From Nemertoderma westbladi (taxonomy: Eukaryota > Animalia > Xenacoelomorpha), in NCBI GenBank assembly GCA_032718475.1, contig JAUCBJ010008523.1, positions 5,946-69,945 on the forward strand: DNA of 64,000 nucleotides, read 5' to 3'. Below the pieces are notes generated by a model. That model did no database searches and was not told the origin of the DNA. It worked only from the letters and a program-made list of their open reading frames with translations. Of the stretch, positions 60,385 to 64,000 are shown piece by piece. Every line of letters begins with the position of its first letter. Position 1 is the first letter of the stretch. A program made the translations under genes and the position numbers.

Positions 60385-61424
60385 CATGGCCGGCGCCAAT
60401 GGGGTGCAAGGGGTGCAGCTGCACCCCCCAAAAAGTGAGAAAAGGTCCGCAATTGGACGAATATATTTTCATTGTGGACTAATACAAAAATTGTTGTGTA
60501 ATTATTAAACCAAAAGAACAGTCACTTGAATCTTATTCTAATCAGATTTCTGTCCATTTATATTACTGGGTGTTCTGGTGTTACTTGCTGTCCACAGTGA
60601 ACATCATACCGATACCACTACACACTACACCTCTATTACATTACCTGCAAGTTATTTATATATTTTCAATTTCTTATATTATTTTCATTTACTTTCGGTT
60701 TAGTGTTTAGTACAGGTAGCAGCAACAAGCAACTAACAGACAATAGGTCGGCAATTCAATTCAACCTTAGTATACTACTGGTAGCAATACCAGACCACCA
60801 GTACTGTCCTACTTCCTGTATACTTTTATACTAAATAGCTGGTTTGATTTTGTTATAATCAGCCGATTTTCCTGAATTATTATAAGCTGTAAGATGCAAT
60901 TGCCTAAAATCTAAGTTTAGCTGCATGGGTACGGTACCGTAACCAACCATCAAATCAAATTTCTGGGTTTGAATTACCATAAATATTTATAACTAGTTTC
61001 ATCGTGATCAGCGACCTCGAAAACCCGTATACATTCAGAATTATCAAAACAAACATAAAATTGTTTAGTTTAACATTTTTTTACTTACGTTTCGTCCTGG
61101 GGGACCAAAATAGCACCAAAAATGATGGTTGCATCGCCAGAAAATATTTTAAACAAGTTTTATCAGTTATTTAGTGTCGCAGTGTCCGAGTGGATACGGC
61201 GCCTGAACTGCTTACACAATAGTGTTTGGTGGTGCAGGTTCGAATCCGACTAAAGGCTGTAGAAATTTCGCACTGTTGTGTCCCTAGGCAAGACACTTTA
61301 GACATTAGTGCCTACGTCAACCCAGCGGTATAATGGGAACCTGGCTTTGCTGGGGTAATGATAATAAAAGCGCTTTGAGTATGCTGAGCGTAGAAAAGCG
61401 CTATATAAATAACCAATATTATTA

Positions 61425-61492
<68 letters not shown>

Positions 61493-62090
61493 CGTGACCA
61501 GCGAACTCGTAAACCCTTATACCATCAAAATTGTAATTTTTGAGCTAATTTTTGAGCAAGATCTAAAATGACCCCCCCCCCCCCCCCGGGCCAATTACGT
61601 TGTAAAATAGCCCGGGCCAATTACGTTGTAAAATAGCCCGGGCCAGATAGGGTTAAATCAAGGTTGATTAAAATCCGATCTAATTAAAATCACCTATTCC
61701 GTTTTACTCACTCCATCCAATATTCCGGTATCAGTCTGCAGTACTCAACCATTTGTTCAACCAAATTAAAGTCTAGGTTGTTTTATTGTTGAATTAAATA
61801 TTTTTTAAGTAAGATTTTTAAGTAATTTTTAAATTTATTAATTTGAATGTGTTAGAAGTATTTCAAAGTATAAGTTAGAATACTGGTGGGTTTATTATAT
61901 CAATTATATCATATATATTATTATATCTTTTTCTAACTATCTGATACAAAGTATAAAGTTTTCTAGGTTAGCGGCCTAAACTGATACCGGTGCAATGCAG
62001 CAATGTGTAATATTTTGTTTCGTTGGTACCAAAAAAGGTCCGCTTTTTCAACATCTGCACCCCCCAAGAAAAATACTGGCGCCGGCCATG
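60385..62090. mobile_element. Non-autonomous hAT DNA transposon
   Basis: Perfect 14-bp TIR CATGGCCGGCGCCA and 8-bp TSD CCTGCACC (60377-60384, 62091-62098). Confidence 0.9.
61172..61492 (+). mobile_element. tRNA-derived SINE with CORE-like centre, L2-like 3' end and (ATT)n tail
   Basis: A box AGTGTCCGAGTGG, B box GGTTCGAATCC, central GTGTCCCTAGGCAAGACACTT, 3' AAAGCGCTTTGAG..GAAAAGCGCTATATAAAT and a long (ATT)n tail. Confidence 0.88.
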
Positions 62091-62259
62091 CCTGCACCAT
62101 AACCTACCGGACCACTGCACCAGTAGAAACACATGCCAAATTATAACAAGAGTAGGTGATATGCAAATTATAACAAACTATAAAACAAGGCAAATGCGTC
62201 GGAATTTTGAAAGTTTTTACGTAGTACCAACTACAAATAGCTATCTAATAGTGAAATAA

Positions 62260-62882
62260 TCCGAATACTGGAGAGAAAAGTTAAATAAGGGGGAATACGT
62301 AGCTGTTGCATTCTTGGATCTCAGCAAGGCCTTCAATTCCATAAACAGGGAAATATTATTACACAGACTGACCGACATGGGATTCCACAAAACGGCAATA
62401 TCATTAATCAGAAGCTATCTCAATCAACGACAACAAAGGGTAAAATTACAAAACACAAAGTCCAACTGGAAAACAGAACTAAGAGGGGTTCCACAGGGTA
62501 CAATTTTAGGTCCTTTATTATTTACTCTCTATACAAACGACATTCCAAAAAAAATAAGCAGCACCACAGATTTGATACAATATGCGGATGATACAGTTAT
62601 ATTTACAACAGACAAAAATCCAAAAAAAGCATCACAAAAATTGGAACAGGAAGTTATAAAACTAAATGATACATTCAGACTTCACCACCTTAAACTTAAT
62701 CCATCAAAAACGGAATTCTTACTTTTATCCCCTAAAGAACGAAACACACCTGAACAAATAGAACTAAATGTTGGAACTGCAATACCGATAAGCCAATCAA
62801 AATCAGTAAAGTACTTAGGAGTAGAAATAGATAACAAATTACAATGGAAGAATTATATAGATAATATATTACAAAAGATGAC
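62260..62882 (+). mobile_element. LINE reverse transcriptase fragment (CR1/L2/Jockey group)
   Basis: FLDLSKAFNSI, SYLNQRQQRV, GVPQGTILGPLLF..YTND, YADDT and KYLGVEID. Similarity ends near ILQKM. Confidence 0.93.
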
Positions 62883-64000
62883 CTTGAGCATTTCTAGTCG
62901 GATATGCGGTTCTTATGTAAACCTAAAAACAACACAACGTGGGAGGATCCTTCGTGAGGATTCTCCCACACCGGGCGTAGGCGTTCCAACATTAGTATAT
63001 AGAAAGTGGAGCTTACTCGGGGCGTTTTACAACTTCCTAGGAATTATATTCTCTGAAATTTGCCACGTTTGTAGTTTTTGTTATTCTAAGAATTTTGTAC
63101 GCTTTTGTTTTTTCAATTTAGTTCCCCAACATTTCCAAATTGGCAACCAAAAGTGGATTTTTGCCCCAATTTGGAAACTTCTAGCACTAATTGGTGAAAT
63201 TCGGGATGAAGGTGACTGAAATCTTCAAATGTTCTCCGGAGACTTTGTGCGCGGATAAATTTGCAAGTTTCATTAAAAAATTTCGTTTAGCCAAATTTGG
63301 CCATTTTGGCCACATTTTAATTTTACCCAAAAATTATCCCAATGGTAAATTTTTACATTGTTTTCTCACTATCACCAAAGCAGCTTGGCCATTTCGATTG
63401 AAACTCATACCGAATACATATCCAATACAGTTGTTCATCGGGTCAAAATATTGGCCAAAAATATTAAACAGTATTCCAATAATTCAACTTTTGGCCAATT
63501 TTGGGCCAAATTTGGATATTTTTGACAATTTTTAAATCATTATAACTCTGTATCTTTTAATTAGAACGAAACCGTTCCACTTGCGTTATATAGAGGGAAG
63601 ATGGGAGTTCCATTACTGTTATTGATATTGTGCGTTGCTTGAATATTAAGGGCCGGAAATTGGGGCCGAAAAATTGTAATTTTGGAAGTTGACAAAATAG
63701 GTTATGGTAGAAAGTGGTTTTCTCCGAATTGTCTGCTTATATTTTTCTGAAACTTTAACATCACAGATGGATAAGATAGCTCTACATTTTATCCATTTAA
63801 TGTTAATGCAAAAAGTTTTTGCTTCTTGTAGTAAATAAGGGCCAAACTTAGGAAATCTGTATTTTCTGGAAATTTAGCCCAAAACTAGGCACTCAAAATG
63901 TCATATATCGGCTTAACTTGCATTTTTCCATAAATCCTTCAAATTAGTTTCTTAGAATTGCTTTGGGCACATCTGTATCAAATTTCATGAAAATCCGAAC
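62883..64000. mobile_element. Probable non-coding DNA-transposon-derived sequence truncating the LINE
   Basis: Abrupt loss of RT similarity, followed by AT-rich DNA with repeated TTGGCCAA/AAATTT words. No second terminus lies in the window. Confidence 0.3.

Larger units (their letters stand above)
60340..62125 (-). other. tRNA-like (SINE-head-like) sequence split by the hAT insertion
   Basis: Rejoining the flanks gives GGTGCAGTGGTCCGGTAGG...GGTCGAGAGTTCGAATCT on the minus strand, with Pol III A- and B-box-like motifs. Confidence 0.5.

Noticed and set aside
61176-61250. Functional tRNA gene
   Set aside because: No proper acceptor or anticodon stems are evident, and the sequence continues into a SINE body and (ATT)n tail.
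62883-63219. C-terminal third of the 301-aa RT ORF as real protein
   Set aside because: LINE similarity stops at ~62882; the rest is read-through into unrelated sequence.

Overview
This is a repeat-dense eukaryotic (probably invertebrate) genomic window with no complete host gene. 1-7.8 kb: a 54-bp tandem repeat and two degenerate hexamer microsatellite tracts. 7.8-13.5 kb: AT-rich DNA with an orphan WD40-like exon fused to a LINE 3' fragment, a PIF/Harbinger MITE and palindromic elements. A G-rich 37-bp minisatellite with a shared unique tail occurs three times (9.9, 13.5-19.8 and 42.5 kb). 21.3-42.5 kb: a 30-bp satellite punctuated by nine copies of a cassette reading ATG|GT, 83-nt intron, AG|129-nt phase 0-0 exon|GT. 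44-60 kb: a decayed minus-strand BEL/Pao LTR retrotransposon. Its Pol has an in-frame (SPDx)n linker, and downstream lies a second long ORF with a WRN/Mut-7-like DEDDy 3'-5' exonuclease domain, split by a nested RTE LINE and a TTAA MITE. 60-64 kb: a non-autonomous hAT element containing a tRNA-derived SINE, and a CR1/L2-group RT fragment. Most ORFs in the supplied track are artefacts of tandem repeats. All family calls come from motif recognition by eye; no searches were run.
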